From Methanothermococcus sp. Ax23 (GTDB lineage: Archaea > AGJL01 > Methanococci > Methanococcales > Methanococcaceae), in assembly GCF_049075655.1 (NCBI RefSeq), contig NZ_CP157522.1:1440001-1504000 (forward strand): a DNA stretch of 64,000 nt. The letters run 5' to 3'. The position numbers and the translations under genes were made by a program. Positions 32,266-43,051 of the stretch are shown in pieces (position 1 is the first letter of the stretch; each line of letters opens with the position of its first letter). The notes below the pieces were generated by a model, which saw nothing but the letters and a program-made list of their open reading frames with translations, did no database searches and was not told the DNA's origin.

Positions 32266-33815
32266 ACACCGATGAACCTGCTGGACTTGGAGTTCCACCA
32301 TATATAGGAACATATCCAAGATATGCCGCAGGTGTCATTTATAAATATAACTATGATGTGCATTATATAACTATCGATAGGTTAAGGGAAGAGATTAAAA
32401 AAGGATTTGATTTTAACAAATTTGATGTAGTCATAGTAATTTGTGGATTTCACACTCCTGGAAAATACCTGAATGCAAATCCCGCAACATTGAGGGAAAT
32501 TGTATCAATTTTATATGATTTTAAAGGATTAAAAATATTAGGGGGTCCTGTTGCAACAAAATTTGGTTCATCGATGGAAGGGGGAAAAATAAAAGACGAA
32601 GAAAAGCTCAAATACTTCTTTGATGTCGTGGCTAGTGGAGACCTTGAAATAGTTTTATCTGATTTAATTGAGAATAATTTCAATATTGAAAAAATAAATC
32701 CTGAAAAATTAAGAAATTACAATCAAATAAAGGAATTTGCAATTAGAGGAGCAAAAATTGTAAAGCAACATCCTGACTATCCTTACATCATTGCAGAAAT
32801 TGAAACATACAGAGGATGTTCAAGAAATACAAGTGGAGGATGTAGCTTTTGCACAGAGCCGAGAAGGTTTGGAAGTCCAAAATACAGAGATGAGAGAGAC
32901 ATAATTGAAGAGGTTAAAGAATTGTATTTAAACGGGATAAAATATTATAGAATAGGGCGACAACCATGTATTTTTTCATACAAGGCGAAAGATAGTGAAA
33001 AGGAGGAGCTCCCAAAACCAAATGTTGATGCAGTTGAAAGATTGTTTAAAGGTATATGTAATAATATTAAACCTGAGGTTTTACATATAGACAATGCAAA
33101 TCCTGCTATAATAGCAAGGCATGAAGATGAGAGTAGGGAAATTGCAAAAATACTTGTAAAATACTGCACAGGAGGAAATGTTGCGGCTTTTGGTGTTGAA
33201 AGTTTTGATGAGAAGGTAATTAAAAAGAATAATTTATTAACCACTCCTGATGATGTTTTAAAAGCTGTAAAAATATTAAATGAAATTGGAGGTAGTAGGA
33301 GCTCAACAGGTCTTCCCTATTTACTTCCCGGCATAAACTTATTATTTGGATTAAGGGGGGAAACAAAGGAAACATTCAATATAAATTATGATTATTTAAA
33401 ACAAATATATGATAGCGGATATATGATAAGGAGAATAAATATAAGGCAAGTTGTCCCATTTTTCGGCACAGATATAAGTATAAACGACATTAAAAAAGCA
33501 AAGAAAAGAAAAAAATTGTTTTTAAGCTTTAAGGAAAAAATCAGAAAGGAAATTGACAATCCAATGCTAAAAAGAGTAGTTCCAGAAGGAACTGTATTAA
33601 AAGATGTATTTGTTGAAGTTATGCAAATCAAAGATTTGCAAAATCCTTCGCTATCGCTCAGGATAAAGGAAAAGGAAACTCTTTATTTTGGGCGACAGTT
33701 TGGGAGCTATCCTATATTGGTTGGTATAATAGATAATGAATTAAAACTTAAAAGTTTCGTTGATGTTGAGATAACAGGATATGGTAGAAGGTCTATAACT
33801 GGAAAACCAATTTAA
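32238..33815 (+). CDS. radical SAM protein with C-terminal TRAM-like domain
   Basis: RGCSRNTSGGCSFC, DGYTDEPAGLGVPPY, DVEITGYGRRSITG. Confidence 0.88.
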   Translation: MMKFLILDGYTDEPAGLGVPPYIGTYPRYAAGVIYKYNYDVHYITIDRLREEIKKGFDFNKFDVVIVICGFHTPGKYLNANPATLREIVSILYDFKGLKILGGPVATKFGSSMEGGKIKDEEKLKYFFDVVASGDLEIVLSDLIENNFNIEKINPEKLRNYNQIKEFAIRGAKIVKQHPDYPYIIAEIETYRGCSRNTSGGCSFCTEPRRFGSPKYRDERDIIEEVKELYLNGIKYYRIGRQPCIFSYKAKDSEKEELPKPNVDAVERLFKGICNNIKPEVLHIDNANPAIIARHEDESREIAKILVKYCTGGNVAAFGVESFDEKVIKKNNLLTTPDDVLKAVKILNEIGGSRSSTGLPYLLPGINLLFGLRGETKETFNINYDYLKQIYDSGYMIRRINIRQVVPFFGTDISINDIKKAKKRKKLFLSFKEKIRKEIDNPMLKRVVPEGTVLKDVFVEVMQIKDLQNPSLSLRIKEKETLYFGRQFGSYPILVGIIDNELKLKSFVDVEITGYGRRSITGKPI

Positions 33816-34082
33816 TCGGATATTTTAATATTTTTTTATTAATTTTTATTATTTCATTATTATATATTCTGTTTTCTTGTTATATATGATATATCCCTAA
33901 ATGTAGTAATTTAATATAGTTAATTTTTTATACAATTATTAATTAAATGTATTTACAAACATATTATTACCAAAAATTTTATATACCACAATTCAATACT
34001 ATTACTAAGAATATAATTTCCTTGTGTTATTGATTATAACGGAAGTATAATTCCTTCAATGATAATAATCGATGGTGATGAT

Positions 34083-34859
34083 ATGAAAAAAAGTCTTCTT
34101 ATAATAGGCATGGGTTTGATAATACTGAGCCTAACAATATCAGGATGCACTGAAAAAGAAAATACTAATGCCTCAATCCATGCCTATGTTGGAGCGGGAA
34201 TGCAACAGCCTATGGATGAAATTGGAAAGGAATTTGAAAAAAAATATAATATAAAGGTTAATTATGACTACGCAGGTAGCGGACCTCTTTATTCAAAAAT
34301 CCTTGCCTCAAATAAGGGAGACATATATATGCCCGGTGCATACTTCTATGTCAGTGAATTGAGTAAAAAAGGGTATATTATTGAATATAGCAATATAACA
34401 AAACATATTCCAGTAATTGTTGTTGAAAAAGGAAATCCAAAAAATATTACTTCACTTGAAGATTTAGGAAAACCTGGGGTAAAATTATCACTTGGTGAAG
34501 AAAACATTGCAATAGGAAGAACATTTAATAAGATATTGACCAAGGCAGAAAAAGATTATCCTGGCATAACTCAAAAAATAAAAAATAACACTGTTGTTAG
34601 AGGAGCTACTGTAAAACAAACACTACTTTATGTAGAGCTCGGTCAAGCTGATGCCGCAGTGGTTTGGAGGGCTGATGCTCTAAGCAGTGATAAAGTGGAA
34701 ATAATACAAATAAATCCAAAATACAACATAATTAAAACTGTCCCAATAGCTATACTAAATACGACTGAAAATAAAGAAAACGCAAAATTATTTTATGATT
34801 TCGTAAATACCGAAGGAAAAGAGATATTCAAAAAATACGGGTTCGAAGTGATAGAATAA
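34083..34859 (+). CDS. modA: molybdate/tungstate ABC transporter substrate-binding lipoprotein
   Basis: ISGC lipobox, YAGSGPL, GNPKNITSLEDL, GQADAAVVW. Confidence 0.88.
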   Translation: MKKSLLIIGMGLIILSLTISGCTEKENTNASIHAYVGAGMQQPMDEIGKEFEKKYNIKVNYDYAGSGPLYSKILASNKGDIYMPGAYFYVSELSKKGYIIEYSNITKHIPVIVVEKGNPKNITSLEDLGKPGVKLSLGEENIAIGRTFNKILTKAEKDYPGITQKIKNNTVVRGATVKQTLLYVELGQADAAVVWRADALSSDKVEIIQINPKYNIIKTVPIAILNTTENKENAKLFYDFVNTEGKEIFKKYGFEVIE

Positions 34860-34918
34860 TAATTGTTAATGGCAACATAAGTGGTAATAATGTAATAATG
34901 TAAAAAATTAGGGATAAC

Positions 34919-35719
34919 ATGAGAACAAATCTATTAAAATTCTTTTCCTTATCTGCTTTATCCATTTTTATTGTGTTAATTCTTTTCATTGTGCTGGCGA
35001 TTGTTGGTAAAGTATCCATAGGAACACTTCAAGAAGCCATATTTTCAAAAGAAATCCAATTTGCCGTAAAACTTAGCTTAATGACTGCATCAATTGCTAC
35101 TTTACTTGGTGTCATAGTAGGAGCTCCTTCTGCCTATGCCCTTGCAAGATACAACTTTAAAGGAAAGGAATTAATCGACAGTTTGATAGACCTGCCGGTG
35201 ATACTTCCACCACTTATATCAGGTTTTGCCCTTCTTGTGTTTTTTGGAAATACATTGATTGGAAGAGTCATAACTGAAAACATAATAAATGTGGTATTTA
35301 GTCCCACAGGAATAATTGTTGCACAGTTCTTTGTTGCAACACCGTTTATTATTAAAACATCAAAGGCAGTATTTGAGGGCATTGATGAGAAATACGAGCA
35401 TATAGCACAGAGTTTAGGAATGACAAAACTTAAAACTTTCTTTAAGGTTGTTCTTCCAATGGCAAAAAATGGTATTCTTGCAGGTATGATTCTTGCATGG
35501 GCAAGGAGTATGGGGGAATTTGGAGCCACACTAATGCTTGCAGGAGCCACAAAGATGAAAACCGAGACACTGCCTATTGCAGTATTTTTAAATATATCCG
35601 TGGGTAAGTTAGAGCTCGCACTATCAGTAGCATTTATATTTCTTGTAGTTGCAGTATTAACTATATTCTCAATAAAAACGATAGTTAAAATAGGCGGTGA
35701 TGATTATGATAAATATTAA
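34919..35719 (+). CDS. modB: molybdate ABC transporter permease
   Basis: DLPVILPP, WARSMGEFGAT. Confidence 0.9.
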   Translation: MRTNLLKFFSLSALSIFIVLILFIVLAIVGKVSIGTLQEAIFSKEIQFAVKLSLMTASIATLLGVIVGAPSAYALARYNFKGKELIDSLIDLPVILPPLISGFALLVFFGNTLIGRVITENIINVVFSPTGIIVAQFFVATPFIIKTSKAVFEGIDEKYEHIAQSLGMTKLKTFFKVVLPMAKNGILAGMILAWARSMGEFGATLMLAGATKMKTETLPIAVFLNISVGKLELALSVAFIFLVVAVLTIFSIKTIVKIGGDDYDKY

Positions 35720-36419
35720 AGAAGAACTTAAAAAGATTGCAGAAGAAAATAATCTGTTGGATGAACCAATTGAGGCACGACCTATAAATGTTCAGTTAGA
35801 TACTGCAAGAATAAGCGACTATCCGCTGTTAAATGGGAAAGAATTTTTATTAAGGGCATTTTTTAAGGGCTGTGTTGGAGATGCCTTTACAGGAGATTTA
35901 AGAGAATTTAAAGGAACTATTGCAGAGGTATTGGAATCAGATTATAATCCACTTGTTGTAGCAACATTAAATGCCGTTATGAAATACTTGGGACATATTG
36001 AAAAAACAGAGCACTGCACAAAAGATGAGCCTGAAATATGTGCAAAAAAACTTTCTGAATATCTATTGAATGAATATGGGAAAGATATAACCGTGGGCAT
36101 AATTGGATACCACCCTGCAATAATTAAGCAGATGGTGGAAACATTTGGAAAGGGCAATGTGATAATTACGGACTTAGATTTTAACAATATAGGAAGAATA
36201 AAATATGGTGCTGTGATATATCACGCAGATATGAACGAATATTTAATAAAAAATTCCGATGTTGTTCTTTCAACAGGAAGCACAACGGCAAATGGAACGA
36301 TATTTGATATTATTGAATTGGCTGAAAAATACAATAAAAGAGTAATATTTTATGGAACAACAGTTGCAGGTATTGCAAAAATGTTGAATCTTGAAAGATT
36401 CTGCGAATGCGGAAAATAA
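35706..36419 (+). CDS. DUF364-like Rossmann-fold protein
   Basis: ATLNAV, VGIIGY, DVVLSTGSTTANGT, FYGTT. Confidence 0.7.
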   Translation: MINIKEELKKIAEENNLLDEPIEARPINVQLDTARISDYPLLNGKEFLLRAFFKGCVGDAFTGDLREFKGTIAEVLESDYNPLVVATLNAVMKYLGHIEKTEHCTKDEPEICAKKLSEYLLNEYGKDITVGIIGYHPAIIKQMVETFGKGNVIITDLDFNNIGRIKYGAVIYHADMNEYLIKNSDVVLSTGSTTANGTIFDIIELAEKYNKRVIFYGTTVAGIAKMLNLERFCECGK

Positions 36420-36518
36420 TTTAAATATAATTTTATTAATTTCCCTTCATTTATTGTTCTATTCTTATTTTATTTATTTTTTCTTTTTCATTGGCTTTAA
36501 TCCAAATCGAGGGATATT

Positions 36519-37568
36519 ATGCTTGAAATTAAAAATTTAAAAAAGAAATTGAATAATTTTACATTGGAAATTAATAATCTTAAAATAGAAAATAATGATT
36601 ACTTTGTATTTCTTGGATTAAGTGGAAGTGGGAAAACTACACTTTTAGAAATAATAGCAGGATTTAGAAAGGCGGATGAGGGGAAATTAATTCTTAACGG
36701 TGAAGATATTACTAAAAAGCCCATCAATGAAAGGAAAATTGTAATGTGCAATGGAAGGTATCTTTTTCCCCATTTAACAGTAAAGGAAAATATAGGATTC
36801 GGCATAATAAAAGAAAAAAACAATAAAAAGATAGAAAAAATTAAAAACATCTGTAAAATATTAAAAATAGAGCATCTATTGAATAGATATCCAAAAAATC
36901 TCAGTATGGGGGAACAACAACGAGTCGCCTTAGCAATGGCACTTGTTCTAGAACCTGAAATAATTCTCCTTGATGAGCCCCTGAGCTCCCTTGATAGATT
37001 GATACATGAAAAATTATTATATGAGCTCCGGGAAATATACAATAATTCAAATATAACATTTATCCATGTCACTCATGATTTTAACGAGGCAATAGCCCTT
37101 GCAAAACACATGGCAATTATAAGAAATGGAAAAATTGAACAGATGGGGACTGTTGATGAAATACTGAAAAAACCGAAGAATAAATTTATAGCAGAATTCA
37201 CAGGGGTGAGGAATTTATTAAATGGAAGCATTAGGGAAGAAAATGGGAAATACATATTCAGCAATGGAAAAATAGATATTCATATAGATTATGAATGTCA
37301 ATGTGGCGGAGCTCTGATAGGAATAAGACCCGAAGACATAATGATAATAAGCCATTGTAAATGTAATTATAGAAACGAAAATATATACTCTGGAAAAATC
37401 GTTGAAATATTTCCTTCCAGTTTATGCACCTATCGAGTAATATTAAATGTTAATGGTTTAAATTTAAATTGTGAAGTGGTTAAGTGCAAAGCTGATAAAA
37501 TGCAACTCAAAAAAGACTCTGATGTAAATTTCTGCATAACTACTGCAATACCTATAAAGGAACTCTGA
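36519..37568 (+). CDS. modC: molybdate ABC transporter ATPase with TOBE domain
   Basis: GLSGSGKTT, LSMGEQQR, LLDEP, GIRPED. Confidence 0.85.
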   Translation: MLEIKNLKKKLNNFTLEINNLKIENNDYFVFLGLSGSGKTTLLEIIAGFRKADEGKLILNGEDITKKPINERKIVMCNGRYLFPHLTVKENIGFGIIKEKNNKKIEKIKNICKILKIEHLLNRYPKNLSMGEQQRVALAMALVLEPEIILLDEPLSSLDRLIHEKLLYELREIYNNSNITFIHVTHDFNEAIALAKHMAIIRNGKIEQMGTVDEILKKPKNKFIAEFTGVRNLLNGSIREENGKYIFSNGKIDIHIDYECQCGGALIGIRPEDIMIISHCKCNYRNENIYSGKIVEIFPSSLCTYRVILNVNGLNLNCEVVKCKADKMQLKKDSDVNFCITTAIPIKEL

Positions 37569-37757
37569 TTTATTTTTTAGGTCATTAAGTTTGTCATTAT
37601 AAATCATTACAAATTTCAACAATCAGCCAAAACACAATGGCGGTAAAAACAGCAACACAACAATTAATTAATAATTAGATACTTACTTACATGGCAATTT
37701 TGGTATTATCCTAATTAACCAATAAGGCAATTCTTCCGTTTTTATATATTACATTAT

Positions 37758-37919
37758 TTACAACAATATTGATGCTATTGTCAATATACCAACCACATAA
37801 GCAAGTATCTCTACTGTTTTGTCCCCCCTGTATGGTCTTTTCAAATCATTTGAGAACTCTTCAATTTCTTTCAATCTTTCATCATTTTTCACTGGGTGTA
37901 TGTTTAATTTTACGTTCAT
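37758..37919 (-). CDS. small 53-aa membrane protein (below the ORF track cutoff)
   Basis: AAGGTGAT RBS, ATG, MNVKLNIHPVKNDERLKEIEEFSNDLKRPYRGDKTVEILAYVVGILTIASILL. Confidence 0.7.
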   Translation of the reverse strand: MNVKLNIHPVKNDERLKEIEEFSNDLKRPYRGDKTVEILAYVVGILTIASILL

Positions 37920-38129
37920 AATATCACCTTTTTTTAATTTATTTATTTCTCCTTGATTATAGTAGTGTAAAAACTAATATATATACTTTTTTGCTCATGA
38001 TAAATCATGACAATTGTTTTTAATGAAAAATAATGACAAATAGGGCTTTTTTAATATAATGATTAATCATGATAAATTGAAATAATATATAAATAATGTG
38101 AAAATAATAAATGGATGAATGGTGATAAT

Positions 38130-38837
38130 ATGTTCAGCATAAAAATGAGGGCGTCAAAAAAGGGAAATCATATATCGGGAGCTGAAACCATTGTGGATGA
38201 TGAAAAATATATAGAGCTCACCACAAATGAATTTATAAAAAGGGCATTATCCCATGAAAACGGAGCTCCGGATTTTATAAATATAAAGATTGAAAGAATC
38301 AATAAAAACGAGATAACATATATCAACCATTTGCCGATAAAAACCATAAACTGCAAAAATAAAGAGGAAGCAAGGGAAATAGCAAAGGACATATTAAAAA
38401 ATGAAGGAATAAACGATGATTTAATAAAAAAGGCATTTAAAATAATTGATAAAGGAGGAATGAGGGGAGCTTCTATTTTAAATTTAAAGGGGGAAAGGTT
38501 AGAACCAGACAAAGAAAGGGGCGTAAGAGTTAAAAACATCTCCACAACAAAGGAATTAAAAGAAAAAATTTTAAAAAACAATATTGGAACAGATAGAACA
38601 GTTGATGCCATAGCAATTGCATCTAAGGTAATAAGTTTAGGTGTGATTGCTGAGCTCTGCACATCGGATAATAAATCATACACCACAGGATATATAGCCA
38701 CAAAGGACGGGTATTTTAGAATTACCAATTTAAAAAGGGGAAATGAAAAGGGCGGAAGGGTATTTTTTGTTAAAAATGATGTAAATATCGATGATTTGAT
38801 TTATAAATTGGAAAATAAACCATATATTGTTAAATAA
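38130..38837 (+). CDS. bioW: 6-carboxyhexanoate-CoA ligase
   Basis: SIKMRAS, HISGAE, AELCTSD, YTTGY, GGRVFF. Confidence 0.93.
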   Translation: MFSIKMRASKKGNHISGAETIVDDEKYIELTTNEFIKRALSHENGAPDFINIKIERINKNEITYINHLPIKTINCKNKEEAREIAKDILKNEGINDDLIKKAFKIIDKGGMRGASILNLKGERLEPDKERGVRVKNISTTKELKEKILKNNIGTDRTVDAIAIASKVISLGVIAELCTSDNKSYTTGYIATKDGYFRITNLKRGNEKGGRVFFVKNDVNIDDLIYKLENKPYIVK

Positions 38838-38849
38838 AAAGGGATTCTT

Positions 38850-39968
38850 ATGTTCAAAAGAGAGCTTCAAAAGGAAATTGAAAATATAAAAAATAACAAT
38901 TTATACAGATTTTTAAGAAAAAAAGACAATACCAATAATATTTTAGATTTCTCTTCAAATGATTATTTATGCCTTTCAAAGCATCCAGAAGTAATAGATG
39001 CCGTAAAGGATGGTTTAAAATACGGATTTGGTTCAACGGGCTCACGACTAACATCAGGAGATATAAATCATCAAATATTGGAGGAAAAGATAGCAGAGTT
39101 TAAGGGAACTGAGGGAGCTCTGGTATATTCCACAGGTTATGCTACAAATGTTGGGGTAATAAGTTCTTTATGTAAAAAGGGAGATTTGATTTTAAGCGAT
39201 AAATTGAACCATGCTTCAATAATAGATGGTTGTAGATTGAGTAAATCGGATGTTCTAATTTATAACCACTGCGATGTAAATCATTTAAGGGATTTGATTG
39301 AAGAAAATGGAAACAATTATAATAATTTATTTATTATTACGGATGGAGTTTTCTCTATGGATGGGGATATTGCCCCATTGGATAAATTAAAAAAGATTGC
39401 CGACGAATACAATGGAATATTAATAATAGATGATGCCCACGGCACAGGGGTTTTAGGGAATGGAAGGGGAACCTTAAAACATTTTAATTTAAAACCATCG
39501 GACAATATAATCCAAATAGGCACATTATCAAAGGCAGTTGGTGGATTGGGGGGTTTTGTATGTGGGATTGAGGAATTAATTGAATATCTTATAAACACAT
39601 CTCGGAGTTTTATATATTCCACATCACTTCCACCTTGTGTGGTGAGTGGATGTATTAAAAGTTTAGAGCTCATGGAAAGAGGGGACTTAACTAAAAAATT
39701 ACAAAAAAACATCAAAACAGCAAATAAGATTTTTAAGGAATACAACTTCATAAAAGAAGATAACCTAACACCCATTTATCCACTTATTTTTAAAGAAAAA
39801 ACTATGGAAATTTCTGAAAATTTGATAAAGAACAATATCTTTTGTGTTGGGATTAGATATCCAACTGTTCCAAAGGGCTTGGAGAGGTTGAGGGTAAGTA
39901 TAAATATAGGGCATAGTGAGGGGGATTTTGGGGTTTTATGCGAATGTATTAAAAAAGTTTTAAATTAA
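38850..39968 (+). CDS. bioF: 8-amino-7-oxononanoate synthase
   Basis: SSNDYL, NHASIIDG, DGVFSMDGD, DDAHG, GTLSKA. Confidence 0.95.
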   Translation: MFKRELQKEIENIKNNNLYRFLRKKDNTNNILDFSSNDYLCLSKHPEVIDAVKDGLKYGFGSTGSRLTSGDINHQILEEKIAEFKGTEGALVYSTGYATNVGVISSLCKKGDLILSDKLNHASIIDGCRLSKSDVLIYNHCDVNHLRDLIEENGNNYNNLFIITDGVFSMDGDIAPLDKLKKIADEYNGILIIDDAHGTGVLGNGRGTLKHFNLKPSDNIIQIGTLSKAVGGLGGFVCGIEELIEYLINTSRSFIYSTSLPPCVVSGCIKSLELMERGDLTKKLQKNIKTANKIFKEYNFIKEDNLTPIYPLIFKEKTMEISENLIKNNIFCVGIRYPTVPKGLERLRVSINIGHSEGDFGVLCECIKKVLN

Positions 39969-40153
39969 AATTTTTTTCTTCTTTCCATGCTTCTTCCCTT
40001 GCTTTTTCAAAGTCCTTTAAATCATCTTTTGTTAAATCCAATTCTTTAACTAATTTTTCTAATAATATTTTTTTCAATAATCGTTCCCTTTTTTGTAATT
40101 GTTTTAATATCTTCAATTGAAAGATTTTTAATATTTTCAGTTTCAATTGGCAT
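39949..40153 (-). pseudogene. frameshifted small antitoxin-like gene
   Basis: GGTGGA RBS + MPIETENIKNLSIEDIKT in one frame; acidic helical tail ELDLTKDDLKDFEKAREEAWKE in another frame; shift near an A-run at about 40090. Confidence 0.45.
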
Positions 40154-40344
40154 AATTCCACCGAAATTTTAATATAATTATTTTTTATTAAACATTGGTA
40201 TTAATGTAAATATATAAATATATGTTATAGCGAGGGGATTTTAGGTTTTGTGAGAAAATAAATTTAAATAATAATGTATAAAAAATAATATTTATTCTCA
40301 AAATTTGGGGTGGTAATATAGTATTTAATTTTATTAAAAGTATT

Positions 40345-43005
40345 TTGGAAAGATACGGGTTTTTTAGAATTTTTTTAGGACTATTGGGAGCATTATTTTT
40401 TATATTAACAATATATGGATTAGATGTATTGAATATAGTAAATCAATTGGTGGGAATTATATTGAAGTATTGGGATGAAATATCAAGATTATGCATTGGT
40501 TTTTTAACCATTGCAATTATACTCAATTATTTAAAATCAGTTAATACAATATTTAATAGTAGAGCTCATCTAAAGAATATGGATACAATAAAATCTTCTG
40601 AAGATGTGAGCGATAAATTAGATAAATTAGACTATAAATATAGATACTCAACATCAATTTACTGTTTTCTCAATGTTTTTTTATATGTATTATTTTATTC
40701 GATGAATTTACCAATTTCTAATTATATTATGTTATTCTTAATTAGTATATCGGTGATATTTCTAGTATTTCTACTACCGAGGTTTGGATTTTATAAATAT
40801 GTTAAAATCTCTAAACTTATTTCCTTTTTAGTTTTTATAGGGATTGCAGGAGTTTTAATAAAATATTCTCAATATTTATTCGCATCTGATATTTTACTAG
40901 CTTTTTGTTATCTTGGAGGTTTGGTTATAGCAATTGCATATTATTGGAATAATTTAATTTATGAGTCCGGTAAATTTCATTGTGTTATTCAATTCCTATT
41001 AAGAATGTTTAATAATATATATTATTTTAATCCATTTAAAGATTATGTTATTGAAAACTACAACCATTGTAAAGATGAAGATATAGAAGTAAATGATAAA
41101 ACGGATTGTTTTGGAACATTAAATAAAATAAATATGATTGAAGAAGGATTTAAAAATAAAATTCTACATAATCATAAAATTATAGCATTATATGGAAATT
41201 GGGGTAGTGGTAAAAGTAGTATAATTAGAACATTAATCGAAAAATTTGATGAATCTCGAAATTTTGATGAAAATGCTGAAATTAAAAGATTATGGGAATC
41301 GTTTAAAGATTTTATTCATATATTTAGACCTTCAATAGAAAAACATGAATCTATCTTGTGCATTAAATTTGACGCTTGGGAATATGAAAATGAAGAAAAT
41401 ATATCTTATGCCTTATTGTGCCATATCGTTAATGAATTGGAAAAAAATGCAGACGTTAAGTTTGGAATTAGAGCTATAAAAAATGAAGTTTTAAAATCGG
41501 GTGCAGTAGTTTTAAAATCTGTTGGTGTTAGTGTAGAACATTTTAATTTTAATTTTAATTTTGAATGCGATAGCGAAGAAAAATATAAGGAAGTAGAAAA
41601 TTTAAAAAATGGGCTTAATAAAATTTCTGAGATACTTAGCGAAAATAATAAACGGCTTATAGTTTTTATTGATGAGCTCGACAGATGCGAAAGGGAGAAT
41701 ATTTTAAAATTTTTATCATCTCTTAAATTATTTTTTACCAGTGGAGGTAATATAAATTACATTTGTGCAGTGGATAAAGAAGCAGTAGCAGAAGCACTTG
41801 AACATAAATACAACGATGGAAAAAAAGCGGAGGAATATTTGGAAAAAATTTTTAATTTTTCATTTAACATGCCTAAAAAATTTAATAATGTGGAGAAATT
41901 TATTAGACAATATGAATATTTTAATAATGATGAAATTGCTGAAAAACTTGCAAAATTCTTTGAAGCAATTAATTTTACAATCCCAAGGCATTTAAAGAAG
42001 GTTTTAAATAAATACAATTATTTAGTTAAAATCAAAACATCAAACAAAATAGATAAGGATTTAAAAAATTTAATTCCTGATATAATAAGATATCCTCACA
42101 TGATGCAAATATCTAAAATAACACTTTCAGAATATCATTATTATATTAAAAAAAATAAACAATTATATAATGAGTATATATTTGATACAATTTTTGTTTT
42201 ATATTTTATAATTATTTATGAATTTTATTATAAAAAATATTTGGAAATAAGTAATATTGATGATAAATTAAATAATTATGCACAATATTTTAAAAACATT
42301 GGATGGGATGAATTAAATAATAGCAATCTTCATAATAAACCACAAAAAGCAATTATAGAACAAATATTAAAAAAATATATAGATAGTAATGAATTTAATA
42401 AATCTTTTTACAATTTGTTTGAAAAATATGATGCATTTAAACCATATAATAATGAGGAATTTGTGTTTAATCTATACGATGAAAATAAAACATACAATGA
42501 ACTTGAAAAATTATGGTATAAAAATAAAGAACTACTAAAATTAATAAATATATTTACGCCAATGATTAATAATAAAAAAGGTGAATATGGTATTTATGAT
42601 ATATCATTAAAAAAAATAATTCCACCAATTGATAACTGGGAGTATGTGGATGATGAATTTTTAGAATCTCCTGATTATATAAGTAATTTTACTATTGATA
42701 GTAGTATGCAGTCATATCGTTATAAATGTATATCAGATTTCGATGCATATTCATATAATATGGATGATATGAAAGAAACAGAAATCAACAGTATGGTATA
42801 TGATATGAGCAAAGATGCAATAATTTCAAATCTAAATAAATATATTGAACAATTTGAATACAAAAACAATGAAATTCTTATAGATTTTTGTAAATATTTA
42901 ATATCTAATGAATTCTTTGAAATAATTGAAAAAGAAAAAAGAACATATAAAAACGATAATTATAACTTTAAAACATTATTTGAGATGGTGGAAACACTAC
43001 TTTAA
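40345..43005 (+). CDS. KAP-family P-loop NTPase with N-terminal TM helices
   Basis: ALYGNWGSGKSS, FDAWEY, LIVFIDELDRC, YLEKIF motifs. Confidence 0.88.
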   Translation: MERYGFFRIFLGLLGALFFILTIYGLDVLNIVNQLVGIILKYWDEISRLCIGFLTIAIILNYLKSVNTIFNSRAHLKNMDTIKSSEDVSDKLDKLDYKYRYSTSIYCFLNVFLYVLFYSMNLPISNYIMLFLISISVIFLVFLLPRFGFYKYVKISKLISFLVFIGIAGVLIKYSQYLFASDILLAFCYLGGLVIAIAYYWNNLIYESGKFHCVIQFLLRMFNNIYYFNPFKDYVIENYNHCKDEDIEVNDKTDCFGTLNKINMIEEGFKNKILHNHKIIALYGNWGSGKSSIIRTLIEKFDESRNFDENAEIKRLWESFKDFIHIFRPSIEKHESILCIKFDAWEYENEENISYALLCHIVNELEKNADVKFGIRAIKNEVLKSGAVVLKSVGVSVEHFNFNFNFECDSEEKYKEVENLKNGLNKISEILSENNKRLIVFIDELDRCERENILKFLSSLKLFFTSGGNINYICAVDKEAVAEALEHKYNDGKKAEEYLEKIFNFSFNMPKKFNNVEKFIRQYEYFNNDEIAEKLAKFFEAINFTIPRHLKKVLNKYNYLVKIKTSNKIDKDLKNLIPDIIRYPHMMQISKITLSEYHYYIKKNKQLYNEYIFDTIFVLYFIIIYEFYYKKYLEISNIDDKLNNYAQYFKNIGWDELNNSNLHNKPQKAIIEQILKKYIDSNEFNKSFYNLFEKYDAFKPYNNEEFVFNLYDENKTYNELEKLWYKNKELLKLINIFTPMINNKKGEYGIYDISLKKIIPPIDNWEYVDDEFLESPDYISNFTIDSSMQSYRYKCISDFDAYSYNMDDMKETEINSMVYDMSKDAIISNLNKYIEQFEYKNNEILIDFCKYLISNEFFEIIEKEKRTYKNDNYNFKTLFEMVETLL

Positions 43006-43051
43006 TTTTTAAAAAATTACCATAAGGTAAATATAAATATTCGGCGATAGT

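Noticed and set aside
32095-32319. 74-aa minus-strand ORF over the duplication
   Set aside because: Antisense to the radical SAM start and made of repeat/insert sequence.
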